Virus record (IMG/VR): IMGVR_UViG_3300028888_000136
Source of the DNA: an uncultured virus (IMG/VR IMGVR_UViG_3300028888_000136)
Taxonomy: Duplodnaviria; Heunggongvirae; Uroviricota; Caudoviricetes
Length of the DNA: 64,000 nt
Direction: 5' to 3' (one strand)
Shown here piece after piece: positions 1 through 11,039 of the stretch. A program made the position numbers and the translations under genes. The number at the start of each line of letters is the position of its first letter. Positions within the stretch are counted from its first letter, which is position 1. Below the pieces are notes generated by a model, which ran no database searches, was not told where the DNA came from, and saw only the letters and a program-made list of their open reading frames with translations.

Positions 1-1
1 A

Positions 2-724
2 CATACAGATACTGAACTTTTGATAAAATTTGAACCAGAGGAAAGAGGATGGTACATTGAATTTGAACAGTCGTTTGACAACTGTGAAGACTGGGAAAGC
101 AGAGGTTATGAGAGTTATAGCGATTGTGATTGTCAAAACAATCAAATTTGCCCTCCAGAACCAGACTGCACCGACTGTAACAACTGGTCTGAATGCGGAT
201 ATGAGAGTTACGATGACTGCCGTTGCCAACAGTACGGTGAATGTCCAGAACCGCCCGTTCCTGTCGTGCCTCATTTGAAGATAGTGGAAACGTTGAAAGA
301 TATTCTTGAAGGTATGGTTTCCGACACGGATTGCGCATTGCAAAGCTGGCAATACAACAGATTGTCAAAAGCCAATGTCAGACTTGACACAAAAATGCCC
401 TCTCCGACCGCTCTTTTCGTCCAAATTCAAGACTTCAAGGTTGAGATGACCAGATTTACCAAAAAAGAATTATCGCACGTTTTAGTGACGTTTCTGGACA
501 AACAGACGAAACTTGACGATGAAGGGCTGAACGAAGATGCCATAATAGCCAATATGTCAGACTTGGCGATAGACTTCATATTGAGGGTGAAAGATGAAAA
601 GAGTTTGAAAATCACAAACGATGTAATCAATTTGAAATCAGTGTTTTATCAATCGGATTCCAACCGCACTGGCGTAACGGTTGAATTGGATATAGAAACA
701 CTTCCAACTTGTATAATGAAATAA
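2..724 (+). CDS. 5'-truncated Cys-rich repeat protein with C-terminal putative tail-terminator domain
   Basis: Frame open from base 2; bases 1-195 match 33095-33289 with one mismatch; C-terminus homologous to that of 32139-33911. Confidence 0.7.
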   Translation, partial: HTDTELLIKFEPEERGWYIEFEQSFDNCEDWESRGYESYSDCDCQNNQICPPEPDCTDCNNWSECGYESYDDCRCQQYGECPEPPVPVVPHLKIVETLKDILEGMVSDTDCALQSWQYNRLSKANVRLDTKMPSPTALFVQIQDFKVEMTRFTKKELSHVLVTFLDKQTKLDDEGLNEDAIIANMSDLAIDFILRVKDEKSLKITNDVINLKSVFYQSDSNRTGVTVELDIETLPTCIMK

Positions 725-1239
725 ACACCGACACCGTGGATATAACGAAGACCACTACGATAGAAGAAGTAGCACCGTTTCTGAAACCAGAGCATATCGA
801 AGCGTTGTTGGAGAAATGCGACACCGTTGCGCTGACGAAGCCGATTATAGGTTTCACGGTTGGCGAGTTTCTTGAGGCAACTGACGAGAAATACATTATG
901 ACGTTTTTCAAAGACCCGAAAGAGCTTGTCACAACAGCCGTTGGCCGTCTAAAACAGTTCAAAAAGGAAATGGAGCAGATACAGATGTTGCTCAAACAGA
1001 ACGAGATAAAGCTAACACCAGAGGAACAGCAAGCCCAGAAGGGTGTTGTTTTCCCGTCATTCCAAGAGTGCGTGCTGGTTGAGACTATGGAATGGTTTGG
1101 TCTCCATAACCTCAACGATGCGGAAGACATACCGTTGTCGAATTATCTGGTTATGAAGCGCAAAAAGAACGCCGATGCCCTTTTTGAACGCCGTTTGAAC
1201 GAAATATACGCCAATAAATCAAAGACAAAGAACAAGTGA
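709..1239 (+). CDS. Putative tail assembly chaperone
   Basis: Paralog of 34486-34989; position two genes before the tape measure gene. Confidence 0.5.
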   Translation: MYNEINTDTVDITKTTTIEEVAPFLKPEHIEALLEKCDTVALTKPIIGFTVGEFLEATDEKYIMTFFKDPKELVTTAVGRLKQFKKEMEQIQMLLKQNEIKLTPEEQQAQKGVVFPSFQECVLVETMEWFGLHNLNDAEDIPLSNYLVMKRKKNADALFERRLNEIYANKSKTKNK

Positions 1240-1703
1240 TGGAAACACATATAGACGAATTGAACAAGGTACTGGAAGACTGGGGAAACAGAGTTGTTGT
1301 CAGAATCCAAGAGAATCTGGACAACACGGGGACTACGGCCAGCGGCAAGACGAAGAAAAGTCTTGAAACGGTTGTGGATATGGGCGAGCTTACCATATAC
1401 GGAAGACAGTATTTCAGAGGAGTTGAGGAGGGAAGGCCAGCTGGAGGCATACCTTACAGATTCCCAGACATAATCTACCAATGGGCGAAGGACAAAGGCA
1501 TCGTTGACACTTTCGGCAACACCGAGAAAGAGAAACGCCAAGTTTCGGCTGCAATCGCCTATTTCATCAAAAACCACGGAACGAAATTGTACAGAGACGG
1601 AGGAAGACAAGACATTTACAGCGATGTAATCAATGAAATGCTTCCAGAATTGCAGGAAGGTATAGGTGTTATGGTCACGGAAACACTTGTCAAGAACCTC
1701 TGA
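1239..1703 (+). CDS. Putative tail completion/neck protein
   Basis: ASGKTKKSL and EEGRPAG motifs; paralog of 34976-35512. Confidence 0.55.
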   Translation: METHIDELNKVLEDWGNRVVVRIQENLDNTGTTASGKTKKSLETVVDMGELTIYGRQYFRGVEEGRPAGGIPYRFPDIIYQWAKDKGIVDTFGNTEKEKRQVSAAIAYFIKNHGTKLYRDGGRQDIYSDVINEMLPELQEGIGVMVTETLVKNL

Positions 1704-1795
1704 ACATAAAGAACTTTACACGACACAACAACAAATAGATGGAGTGCAAACTACTCCGTCTATTTTAGTAAATAACATAACATAAACACTATACA

Positions 1796-4700
1796 ATGGG
1801 ATTGAGCGACAAAGAAAAGGACGTTGTTCTGCATATAGAGACGAACTATGCCGAGACAATCAAGGAAATAGAGAAACTGACCAAAGATTTAGCCCAGCTT
1901 GATGTGGAGATGGGCAAGGTCAGACAAGACCAGAAAGACGGCAAAAAGACCACGGAAGAAGCTAACAGGGCATTGGAGGCACTGGAAGCCGAATACCGTA
2001 ATGTCCAGTCGGAGATAAGAGCCAACAGAAAGGAACTCCAGAACGGAGCGAAGGCGTACAAAGAAGCCGAAGGAAGCATAAAACAGATGAGGATGGAGCT
2101 TTCAAATATGCGTAAGTCCTATGAATCAATGGGAAAAGCGGAAAGGGAGAGCGACATTGGAAAGGCGTTGTTGAAGAATATAGCCGACACGACAGACGAG
2201 CTTAAAAAACTGGAGAAACAGCAAGGCGATTACAGAAGGGAAGTCGGACACTATGAGAACGCATTAAACAATTTAGACCCGAAACTTGCACTTATCGTCA
2301 AAGAGTTCAAAAACCTCTCTGGCGGCACTATGAATTTCAGCACGGCGATGAAAAACGCCGTACCGATGTTGAAGTCATTCGGAAAAGAATTGTGGATGTT
2401 GGCAAAGAACCCGTTTGTCATAACGATAACAACGATTATAGTTCTGATGAAACAGGTTGCCGACCAGTTCAGAAAGAGCGATGACGCTATAACCGCCCTC
2501 CAACAACTGTTTGCATCGTTCCAACCGATACTTGACGTGTTTGTCGGAACTCTTGACGCTGTTGTGAAGGTTCTTACGAAAGTCATAAGCGGTTTCACCA
2601 GTGCCGTGACAGCTGTTATGTCGCTTATACCAGCGTTCAAGGAAAGTTCAGAAGCGGCGCAGGAGTATGTGAGGGCTATGGATGACCTTGAGGAAAAGGA
2701 ACGCAAATACAGCGTGCAGACGGCCAAGAACAACATTGAGATTGCAAGGGCGAGGAACAAAGCGGCCAGAGCGGATATGTACAGTGTTGAAGAACGCAGG
2801 GATGCAACAAAAGAAGCCATCAGACTTGAAAAAGAGAATCTGCAAATGAATCTTGAGGTTGCAGCTGAAAAACTGCGTCTTGCCGAACAGGATGCTGCCA
2901 GAAGACACGACACATCTGACGAAACAAAGAACAATATAGCCGAACTTAAAAGAGCTTATTTTCAAGCGATTGCCGACACGGAAGCTGGTATGAGACGTTT
3001 GAACAGCCAGATGGCTAAATTCAATGCCGACATAAGGAAGGACACGATAAACACTTGGAAAACCATTATCGGCAACAGTGCCTTCACAACAGCCGAATGG
3101 AAGAAAGCGGATGCTGAATACAAGAAGATGGCCGATGCCCTTGAGAAAAAGGCCAAAACGTGGTTTAAGATGGCAGCAGATTCAGCCGCAGCTGGTGACG
3201 AAGCGTTAGCTGAACAACAAAAAACACAAGCAGAGCAATACCAAAAAGAAGCGGAAGACGAAAGACGCAACCAGAGGACAGAACACAAGAAATACCTTGA
3301 TGCCTTGAAGAACCTCTCCGAATCCTATTACAGCAACCAATTGTCAGCAAGAAGGGCGTATGAGGACGCTGTACTTGAAATGATGGATGATTCACTTGAG
3401 AAACAGTTGCAATCCATTGAAAACCAATACAAAAGAGAGATTGAAGACCTTGAACACAAATTGAAAACGGAAGAGCATCTGACGGTTGAGGCGAGGGATT
3501 ACATAAACAAGTTGATAGTCGAAAAACAGAAACAATACGACAGACAGAGGACTTTGACAGAAGCCGCATACTGGAGCAATGTCCGTGAACAGGCGAGGGA
3601 GGCGATAAACGAGATTGTTTCAATGAACACGAAGATACTCAACGCAGACCCTAACAGGTATGTGGGTTCATTTGCCGCAGCTATGGTGCAGGAAATGAGA
3701 GGCGTGACAGACGAACTTGAGACAACATCCAATATGCTTCTTGACAAGTTCAAATCCCAATACGCGGCTTTGCGCACGACCATCGAAAGAACGTTGTCAA
3801 ACGGTGCTAAAGGTATGAGTGACAATGTGGTGAAGATGTTTTCAGCTATCGTGAACGAAACAGACGAGTTTTCAAACAACGCCACCAAATCACTTGATTC
3901 CTTTATGCTGGCTTTTGAAACTATGCAACAGCGTATAGCTATGACCCCAGAGGAGTTCAACGAGATGAAGGAAGTGGTCAAACCTATGCTCGACAATATC
4001 TTTGACTATTACAAGGTGCTTGCCGATATGCCTTCCCGCTATATGGAGTATATGAGCAACCTTATGTTCAACAAAATGAAAATTGACGCTGAAAAGGTGC
4101 GTGATAATATGCTCAAGGCGTTTGATTTCGTGAGTTTCACAGATGCGAAAATACAAGCATTCGGTGTCGAACTGGACAGAATAGACAAAATACTTGCCTC
4201 CAAAACTGACGCTTGGCGTTACAGGATAGAGAACGGTATCGGATTCGCCATTGACAACCCGCTTGAAATCAAGACTGGTTTTGAGTTTGAAGACCCAAAA
4301 CTGGAGGTTGACGGAATACTTGAAGAGACCCAGAAAGAGGTTGACAAACACCCGATACAAGTCAAATGGGGAATAGCCACCGAAGACCCGCAGCTTGAAA
4401 AGAAGTTTGAGGAACTTGGCGAGAAATACGGTAACGAGATAGACACGTCAATGAGCGGCGTATTGCGCCAGATAAGCGGTTTTGACGATTTGGGACAACA
4501 GCTTGACTGGCTCGTTAGGAACTACGAAACCGCAGTGAACAAAGTGAACGAAATGGCGAATGATATGCGTGACGCATACCAGATTAGCGGTGACGAGGCC
4601 TTCTATATGGCCATACCAGACACTTCAACCATATTGCAGGCATTGCGCCGTATTTATGACAGTTATTTCGACTATGCGCAACGCGGTTTCGATTATGAAA

Positions 4701-5869
4701 AGGCCAGACTTGAGGTCGAAGGAAAATATGTCGGAGAGGTTGACGGCGAACTGAAACGCCAGATAGAGCTTACAGCCCTTGACAAGAGACGCTACGAGGA
4801 ACAGGAGAGGACAGCGAAGGCACAGCTTGACTACGTGAAGAACGTTAGGGAAGAGGTTGCCAACCTAAAAGGCGAATACAACAGAGTGAACGCGGAGAAC
4901 AGCGCACAAATATCAATGCTTGAAACCCAATTGCAGATTCTACACGATGAGCAAGCGACTTGGGATGAGAACACCACGCAGGAGGTGAAAGACCAGAACT
5001 TCATACAGAGCGAACGGATACAAGCCGAAATCGAACAGTTGAGAAGCCAGATACAAAAGGCCTTGAGCGATTTGGTTGCCACTGGTTTCACGAGTGTGAA
5101 CGAAGTTGATGAAATGGTCGGAAACCTTGAAAAGTCGGTGCTGACGGCACAGAACGGAATAATACAGACAACAGCCCAGCAGACAGCCAATTACACTGAC
5201 CTTTGGATGAAATCATTTACAAGGGTCACAAACGGATTGGGTGAGCTTGGCGGTGCGTTCAACAGTCTTTTCACCGAACTCGGACAACTGAACAGCGAAT
5301 ATGACAAGTTTGCCGAATTGAGCGCATATTTCAATATAGGCATTGCAATGGCTCAAGGTATAGCGGAAGCGGTTGCCGCTGGTGCTGGCGTACCGTTCCC
5401 AGCCAACCTCGGTGCAATCGCGGCAGGCGTTGCAAGCGTGGTCGCTGGTGTCGGGCAAGCCATATCTGTCTTCAACCAATATCACGCCCCGAAATACGCT
5501 GACGGCGGTTTGATAGGCGGCAGATATGCCAAAACAAGAGCGGAAGGAAGACGCGATGACGTGAATATCAAGGCCTCAAAAGGTGAATACATTGTAAACG
5601 CCGATGCAGTCAAGAAATACGGTGTTGAGTTCCTTGATTTGCTGAATTACGGGAAGTCTATGAAACTGAAACTTCCAAAACTCAAATATGCTGACGGCGG
5701 CTATGTCTCCACCTCCACGATTGACGCTGCCAACAACCAGATGAATATGGATGCCACACGTGAAATGCTCGTTGAGGCAATGTCCGAAATCAGCCCAGTT
5801 GTTTCAGTTGTCGAAGTGACTAAAGCCCAGAACAGAGTGAAAATAGCCGAAAGAAATTCAAAACGATAA
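1796..5869 (+). CDS. Tape measure protein (1357 aa)
   Basis: Long coiled coil, hydrophobic segments, C-terminal YADGG..SKGEYIVNA motif. Confidence 0.88.
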   Translation: MGLSDKEKDVVLHIETNYAETIKEIEKLTKDLAQLDVEMGKVRQDQKDGKKTTEEANRALEALEAEYRNVQSEIRANRKELQNGAKAYKEAEGSIKQMRMELSNMRKSYESMGKAERESDIGKALLKNIADTTDELKKLEKQQGDYRREVGHYENALNNLDPKLALIVKEFKNLSGGTMNFSTAMKNAVPMLKSFGKELWMLAKNPFVITITTIIVLMKQVADQFRKSDDAITALQQLFASFQPILDVFVGTLDAVVKVLTKVISGFTSAVTAVMSLIPAFKESSEAAQEYVRAMDDLEEKERKYSVQTAKNNIEIARARNKAARADMYSVEERRDATKEAIRLEKENLQMNLEVAAEKLRLAEQDAARRHDTSDETKNNIAELKRAYFQAIADTEAGMRRLNSQMAKFNADIRKDTINTWKTIIGNSAFTTAEWKKADAEYKKMADALEKKAKTWFKMAADSAAAGDEALAEQQKTQAEQYQKEAEDERRNQRTEHKKYLDALKNLSESYYSNQLSARRAYEDAVLEMMDDSLEKQLQSIENQYKREIEDLEHKLKTEEHLTVEARDYINKLIVEKQKQYDRQRTLTEAAYWSNVREQAREAINEIVSMNTKILNADPNRYVGSFAAAMVQEMRGVTDELETTSNMLLDKFKSQYAALRTTIERTLSNGAKGMSDNVVKMFSAIVNETDEFSNNATKSLDSFMLAFETMQQRIAMTPEEFNEMKEVVKPMLDNIFDYYKVLADMPSRYMEYMSNLMFNKMKIDAEKVRDNMLKAFDFVSFTDAKIQAFGVELDRIDKILASKTDAWRYRIENGIGFAIDNPLEIKTGFEFEDPKLEVDGILEETQKEVDKHPIQVKWGIATEDPQLEKKFEELGEKYGNEIDTSMSGVLRQISGFDDLGQQLDWLVRNYETAVNKVNEMANDMRDAYQISGDEAFYMAIPDTSTILQALRRIYDSYFDYAQRGFDYEKARLEVEGKYVGEVDGELKRQIELTALDKRRYEEQERTAKAQLDYVKNVREEVANLKGEYNRVNAENSAQISMLETQLQILHDEQATWDENTTQEVKDQNFIQSERIQAEIEQLRSQIQKALSDLVATGFTSVNEVDEMVGNLEKSVLTAQNGIIQTTAQQTANYTDLWMKSFTRVTNGLGELGGAFNSLFTELGQLNSEYDKFAELSAYFNIGIAMAQGIAEAVAAGAGVPFPANLGAIAAGVASVVAGVGQAISVFNQYHAPKYADGGLIGGRYAKTRAEGRRDDVNIKASKGEYIVNADAVKKYGVEFLDLLNYGKSMKLKLPKLKYADGGYVSTSTIDAANNQMNMDATREMLVEAMSEISPVVSVVEVTKAQNRVKIAERNSKR

Positions 5870-5897
5870 GAATAAACTATTAAACATAATTTACAAT

Positions 5898-6842
5898 ATG
5901 CGTACACAATTATTGCTTTCCATCAACGTGGTGTTCCCAGACGAAGTGGTGTTCACAAACGACAGAAACGTGGTCACGTTGCAGTATATAGGCGGAAACA
6001 ACCGCACTGTCGGAGGCCAGTTCACTTTCACAAACGGAGGCGGCGAGACCGCACAATTGAACTACAACAGCGAACAGAAATATTTGGTTTTCAATCTTTT
6101 GTCAACTTTCAAAAAGCTGATAGGAAACGATACCTACAACACTGTCACGATGACTGGCAGCGTGACGGACGGTATAAGCACCTCCAACATAACTCCAGTC
6201 TCGTTCAAATTGGTTGACGGTCGTACATTGCACTCCAGACCTCACAACGCAGAAAAAGTGGTTTATTATTATGACAATATGGATTTGCACGCTTTTGAAG
6301 TGCTTTCCCTAAACGGAGGCACTGTCGGACAAACCACTGTCCAGAGCGGTATCACCAAGTTCAATTGGGAGACAAATCTTGATTCGTTTGAAATGCCGCA
6401 AACGGACGGAACTAACGTCAGAACGATACTTTTCAAGCGTGCTGCACTCGGTGGAGACAACAACTTCCAAAGCGGTTGCGAGGACGGCAACGAGGAGGTA
6501 GGTGTGTTCAAAGTCAGATATTTCAACGTGGACGGTTGCAAAAGGTTCTTGCAAGGCAAAATCCAGAACAGAAAACGCACCGTGGGATATACCGAATGGA
6601 CGGCTGACGATATTGTTAGACACACACCTAACGGTATGATTACGAGCGTTTTGGATGAAATAACGGTCGGTTTCCCTTCCGTGGCCAGAGAGAGCTATGC
6701 AGAGGACATAATGTACTCACCGATAGTGGAATACCAAAGGGAAGACGGAGAGTGGCAACCTTGCATAATCAGCGGCAAAAGCGTTCAATTGAAAAACTGG
6801 ACAGAAAACGACATTGAAATAACCTTCAAAACCCTTGCATAA
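5898..6842 (+). CDS. Tail tip protein (distal-tail position)
   Basis: Follows the tape measure gene; paralog of 38988-40064. Confidence 0.55.
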   Translation: MRTQLLLSINVVFPDEVVFTNDRNVVTLQYIGGNNRTVGGQFTFTNGGGETAQLNYNSEQKYLVFNLLSTFKKLIGNDTYNTVTMTGSVTDGISTSNITPVSFKLVDGRTLHSRPHNAEKVVYYYDNMDLHAFEVLSLNGGTVGQTTVQSGITKFNWETNLDSFEMPQTDGTNVRTILFKRAALGGDNNFQSGCEDGNEEVGVFKVRYFNVDGCKRFLQGKIQNRKRTVGYTEWTADDIVRHTPNGMITSVLDEITVGFPSVARESYAEDIMYSPIVEYQREDGEWQPCIISGKSVQLKNWTENDIEITFKTLA

Positions 6843-9652
6843 TGGAAATATACGTTGAAAACCAGCAGCTTCATATAACAAAAGGTGATGTCTCGTTGAA
6901 TTGGACAAACATCCGTTTTGATTCGTCAGTAGCCGATGAATGGTCAACGGAAATTGAGCTTCCTAATGACAAATGGAATATCAACCTTCTTGACGCTTAC
7001 GGCCTTCTTGACCGTGGAGCGTTGTTCAACCACAAAATAAAGTGTCTCGTTATGGTGGATTCTGTGGCGAGGGACGGGTATTTGCAGATTCTCACCATTG
7101 AGGAGCATTCCATAAAAGCGAGGGTGTTTCTGTTGATGTTCCCTTACGAAGTACTTGACAAAAAGGTGTGTGAATACTATCCACATAACGATAAAGTGTA
7201 CAGATGGGACAGATACAGCCCGATAAAGACCACGATAGCTGGTGAGGTGGCTGGAATATTCCCGTATGACTATTCGGAAAAGGACTTTTATTCCAACATA
7301 TTCGCACAATGGCACGCCAGTTGCAGCGTGAGCCATATAATTGGCCTCATACAGTCAGCTGAAAATATCACTCTTCCGACAGTCAGCAACACGCTCTGGG
7401 AGCTTGCAGCACGCAAAAAAGTCTGTCCTTCAAACCCTTACCAAGTGATGATGGGCAGTTTTGAACATTCAAACGCCATAACGGACAGAAACCTTGATAT
7501 GGCTGGCGGTCAGCATATCACCAACGATTTGTTAAGCGATTGGAAATATTCAAATTTCAAATGGCTTCCAGACTGGTCAAACTGGAACTATCTGGAGACG
7601 GCTATGGACTGGTGCGAAAACGCGAAGAAAATGGATGTAATAACCTTCAACCGCTCTTGCACAGCCCACATTAAGGTCTATGCGTGCGCAACGAAGATTG
7701 GCGGCATTCTAATCCCACGTAAAAACGGTGTGAACCTCGCACCACCTGCGGCGAGTGCTGTGCCTTCTTTTACGACTGGAACTTGGTCGGAAAGCGATGT
7801 ACTGATTTTTGACGATTGGGTTGATTTTGACGATGGTGACGAACTGACCTTCCATTATAGCGGTTCTGCGCAAATAGGAGGCCGTTTCTTGCAGTATTCC
7901 GTGGTGGTTGAATACGAACACTATGATTGGGATGAAAACGACTATGACGTTGATTTGGAGTACATTCCCGCTCCGTTCTGCATATTCTACAACTGGACTT
8001 CTGGCGGTGTCACGACCTACGATGACAAACACGATTTCGGTGGAAACGGTGACGGTACACACTCTCTTGAGGATTACGCTTTCACATATTTCGGTGTTTA
8101 TACAAACCTTGAGCGTGAAATGACCGTTAGAGAGTATATAAGCGATTTGTGCTGGATTGCCAACCAGAAACTCTATCTTGACAAAAACGAATTGATATTT
8201 ATGTCACCTAATGTTGCGCGACCAATAACGGCCAATATGAGGACGATAGAGCCGTCCACGGACAAACTTGGACAGAACAACAAGATAGGGTACAGAGATG
8301 CGGAAGAACCGCTTCAATTCGCCATTGACAATGAGTTTTTGGATGATGAAATGGAGCTTCACACTTCGCACTTCTACACCAATGAATACATACCGCAATA
8401 CAGTTACGAAATGACCTATTCGGAGAAACCGAACAACAGCGGTGACAAATGGGTTACGGATGTCAAGGTCAATTTTGAGGATTTGTCTCCAGTCATAATG
8501 TCGGCAATATACAACGGCAGTGTATATACGATGGAGAAAGCCCCAGACCTTCAAGGACTTGGACTTGCACACTTGACAAATGCCACACAAATCACTTTCG
8601 CCACTTTTGACACGGTTTGGGATTGTGATTATGTTTATGTTGACGGTCATAAGTATATGGTTATCAGCGGTGAAGAGGATATGCAGACTGGTGAAAACGA
8701 GATTACGGTGATAAAGATGGACGCTACGGTTGAGGTTGAACCTCCAACCCCACCGCAATACACTTACAAAGCCACATACCAATACCCTTCATCCACGTAT
8801 GACACTGTGTTTTTTGACGTGGCTGTTAGCTACGGAAGTGCCAATTTCACGCTTTGCGGAGTGCAATTATGCACAAATCCAGATTTCACTGGGCAAATAA
8901 TCAGTGCAAGTGCTTATAACTACAAATATTCTGGAAGCATAAGCGGATTGGCGGAGAACACTATATACTACTACCGTTATTTTGCAGAATCTACGGAGTT
9001 CGGATATGCGACATACACACCGAACAACAATTCATTCAAAACCAATTACGCACCTCCAGTGTTGTCAATCACACACGACAATGTGACCGACACCACGGCA
9101 AGCGTCTCTTTCACTTACGTTGGAAATTACCCGATAGACACCCAAGCGATGAGCGGAGTTATAGGTGTTAACGGCCAGACCATACAGACAGTCCAGTTTG
9201 ACCATTTGTCTGTCGGCACGCCAGAAGTGGTGACATTGAGCGGACTTACACCGAACACTATATATGACGTTAGTTGGGATGTTGACTACTACAACGATGA
9301 GGTTTCCGCAGTTGACAATTTCACTACAAGTCCACAAGACACTGGTTCAGTGGAAATTAACGATATGAGCGTGTACGACACAGCAAACAACAAAATGACC
9401 TTCAAAGCCACGTACAAAATGGGGAAATACGGTGCTGATACAAAAACATTCCAAGTGCGTGTATATGACGAAAACAACAATCTGTTGGCTGATTTCACAC
9501 CAACGGTCAGTGGCGATGACTTATCTGGCGCACTGACGAGAGCCGCTGGCATAGAACTTCCCGACAAATGCCAATACGTGAAATATCAAGTCGTTGTAAC
9601 GAACAAAGGCGGTTACACCAATTCAGCTTGGATTGAAGTTTACCTTAAATAG
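6842..9652 (+). CDS. Tail hub-like protein fused to FN3-like domains
   Basis: N-part homologous to 40074-41912; C-part has GLAENTIY and GLTPNTIY FN3-like motifs and matches the end of 41923-43578. Confidence 0.65.
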   Translation: MEIYVENQQLHITKGDVSLNWTNIRFDSSVADEWSTEIELPNDKWNINLLDAYGLLDRGALFNHKIKCLVMVDSVARDGYLQILTIEEHSIKARVFLLMFPYEVLDKKVCEYYPHNDKVYRWDRYSPIKTTIAGEVAGIFPYDYSEKDFYSNIFAQWHASCSVSHIIGLIQSAENITLPTVSNTLWELAARKKVCPSNPYQVMMGSFEHSNAITDRNLDMAGGQHITNDLLSDWKYSNFKWLPDWSNWNYLETAMDWCENAKKMDVITFNRSCTAHIKVYACATKIGGILIPRKNGVNLAPPAASAVPSFTTGTWSESDVLIFDDWVDFDDGDELTFHYSGSAQIGGRFLQYSVVVEYEHYDWDENDYDVDLEYIPAPFCIFYNWTSGGVTTYDDKHDFGGNGDGTHSLEDYAFTYFGVYTNLEREMTVREYISDLCWIANQKLYLDKNELIFMSPNVARPITANMRTIEPSTDKLGQNNKIGYRDAEEPLQFAIDNEFLDDEMELHTSHFYTNEYIPQYSYEMTYSEKPNNSGDKWVTDVKVNFEDLSPVIMSAIYNGSVYTMEKAPDLQGLGLAHLTNATQITFATFDTVWDCDYVYVDGHKYMVISGEEDMQTGENEITVIKMDATVEVEPPTPPQYTYKATYQYPSSTYDTVFFDVAVSYGSANFTLCGVQLCTNPDFTGQIISASAYNYKYSGSISGLAENTIYYYRYFAESTEFGYATYTPNNNSFKTNYAPPVLSITHDNVTDTTASVSFTYVGNYPIDTQAMSGVIGVNGQTIQTVQFDHLSVGTPEVVTLSGLTPNTIYDVSWDVDYYNDEVSAVDNFTTSPQDTGSVEINDMSVYDTANNKMTFKATYKMGKYGADTKTFQVRVYDENNNLLADFTPTVSGDDLSGALTRAAGIELPDKCQYVKYQVVVTNKGGYTNSAWIEVYLK

Positions 9653-9676
9653 CTGGTTTGCAACAATATGAAACCA

Positions 9677-9720
9677 AAATCCGCGCTTTGAGTACATTAC
9701 CCTCGGCGCGGATTTCTTTT
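9677..9720. terminator. Bidirectional intrinsic terminator between convergent genes
   Basis: aaatccgcgc...gcgcggattt inverted repeat. Confidence 0.7.
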
Positions 9721-9750
9721 AATTAAAAAATAAGTAAAAATGAAAGAAGT

Positions 9751-10503
9751 TTATGCACCCGTAAGGGCGTTTTTGCGTTTGTTTATTACGTTTCTGAAAT
9801 TAACGTTGTTATGCAGATTCGGGTTGCTGTCCCAGTAGTATTTCAGTCTGTCAATAGTGTCGGCGTTCATCACCAAACCATACAACTGTCTGTCAATCAT
9901 TGACTTGTCTGTTGCCGCAGTTGCCGTGCAAAACGCTTTGTTTATGTTTTCAACAGCTTTCTTGGCGTAATTGGCTGTTCTTTGCGCGGTCTGGATTACC
10001 TCTTGTACATTTGAGTTAGGGTAATTGAAAACCACGTTCCCGAAACGGTCAACAATTACCAGTTTGGTTATTTTCTTCCCATCGTACCCGATTTCCTTCA
10101 CCGTGAACGTCATATTCATCTTGTCGTTGTAGTAATATGAATCTTGACATTTGATTTTGATTTTTGGAGTGGTATATAACTCTCTACCAATACCCCAGTT
10201 GAAACACGCCCTTTTGAACGCATCGGATGCCTCGCCTTTCTCCGCATCCGCACTGCTTTCTATGCCGCAATCGTCCTTGAAAATCCACTCTCCGTTATCG
10301 TCTTTGATTCCGACACTGCAATAAAGGTTTCCTTTTACCTCGTAATAGCGTTTCTTCCAGTTCATCTGTCCTACCGTCTCATCCAGAATGTTCATATCAC
10401 ATCTTGCGTCTTTGTACAACAGCAAAAGCGCACTGCCTTTGCACTTCGTGTCAGTGGGTCTGACTTGGATTTCATCTGCTTTCAAATTTCTAAACTCTTT
10501 CAT
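9751..10503 (-). CDS. Rad52/Sak-family single-strand annealing protein
   Basis: LYKDAR, EKGEASDAFKRA and WGIGRELY motifs. Confidence 0.85.
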   Translation of the reverse strand: MKEFRNLKADEIQVRPTDTKCKGSALLLLYKDARCDMNILDETVGQMNWKKRYYEVKGNLYCSVGIKDDNGEWIFKDDCGIESSADAEKGEASDAFKRACFNWGIGRELYTTPKIKIKCQDSYYYNDKMNMTFTVKEIGYDGKKITKLVIVDRFGNVVFNYPNSNVQEVIQTAQRTANYAKKAVENINKAFCTATAATDKSMIDRQLYGLVMNADTIDRLKYYWDSNPNLHNNVNFRNVINKRKNALTGA

Positions 10504-10521
10504 TTTTTACTGATTTTTAAT

Positions 10522-10800
10522 TTATAATTTATTTTTGTGTTTTTGATAACTCTTTTTCTCTGACAAGCTGTGTCTCATTTTCCAGTCGTTTATCCTGTCT
10601 TGTGGCCACCTCGCCACTTTGTCATCCAGATATTGGAAGTCTATTCCGCTTTTCAGCTTGAAGTACCCGTATATCACGTTCCGAACCGTCACTACGGCCA
10701 GATGATTGTCTTTTGCCGCCTCTTTCACGCTCGGATAAATCCAGTATATACTTCCGTTGATGTACTTGCCAACCGCTTTCGTTTTCCTCTTCTTTGCCAT
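10522..10800 (-). CDS. Small NUMOD1-like HTH DNA-binding protein
   Basis: YPSVKEAAK...VRNVIYG pattern; absent from unit B. Confidence 0.5.
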   Translation of the reverse strand: MAKKRKTKAVGKYINGSIYWIYPSVKEAAKDNHLAVVTVRNVIYGYFKLKSGIDFQYLDDKVARWPQDRINDWKMRHSLSEKKSYQKHKNKL

Positions 10801-11039
10801 TGCATTAGTTTTGAAGTCTTATTCACGGTAAACTATCTGAAAAGTCCCATTTTTCATTAGTCAAAATTGCTGTGTGTTTACCTCGTGTTTCAATTGTACA
10901 TAATTTCCACGACATATCCAAACCGAAATGCAATTTTTTTTCAAACGCTCGTATTTGCGATTTTTCGGGCGATTTTGTCTATGGATGATTAACTATACCA
11001 GCCATACGGTTAACGCCTCGATTTCGTCATCTTTGACCC

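Noticed and set aside
1846..5485. Many antisense or alternate-frame ORFs in the track, here and throughout (e.g. 19599-20505, 34446-35184)
   Set aside because: Shadows of real genes; no conservation apparent between paralogous units.
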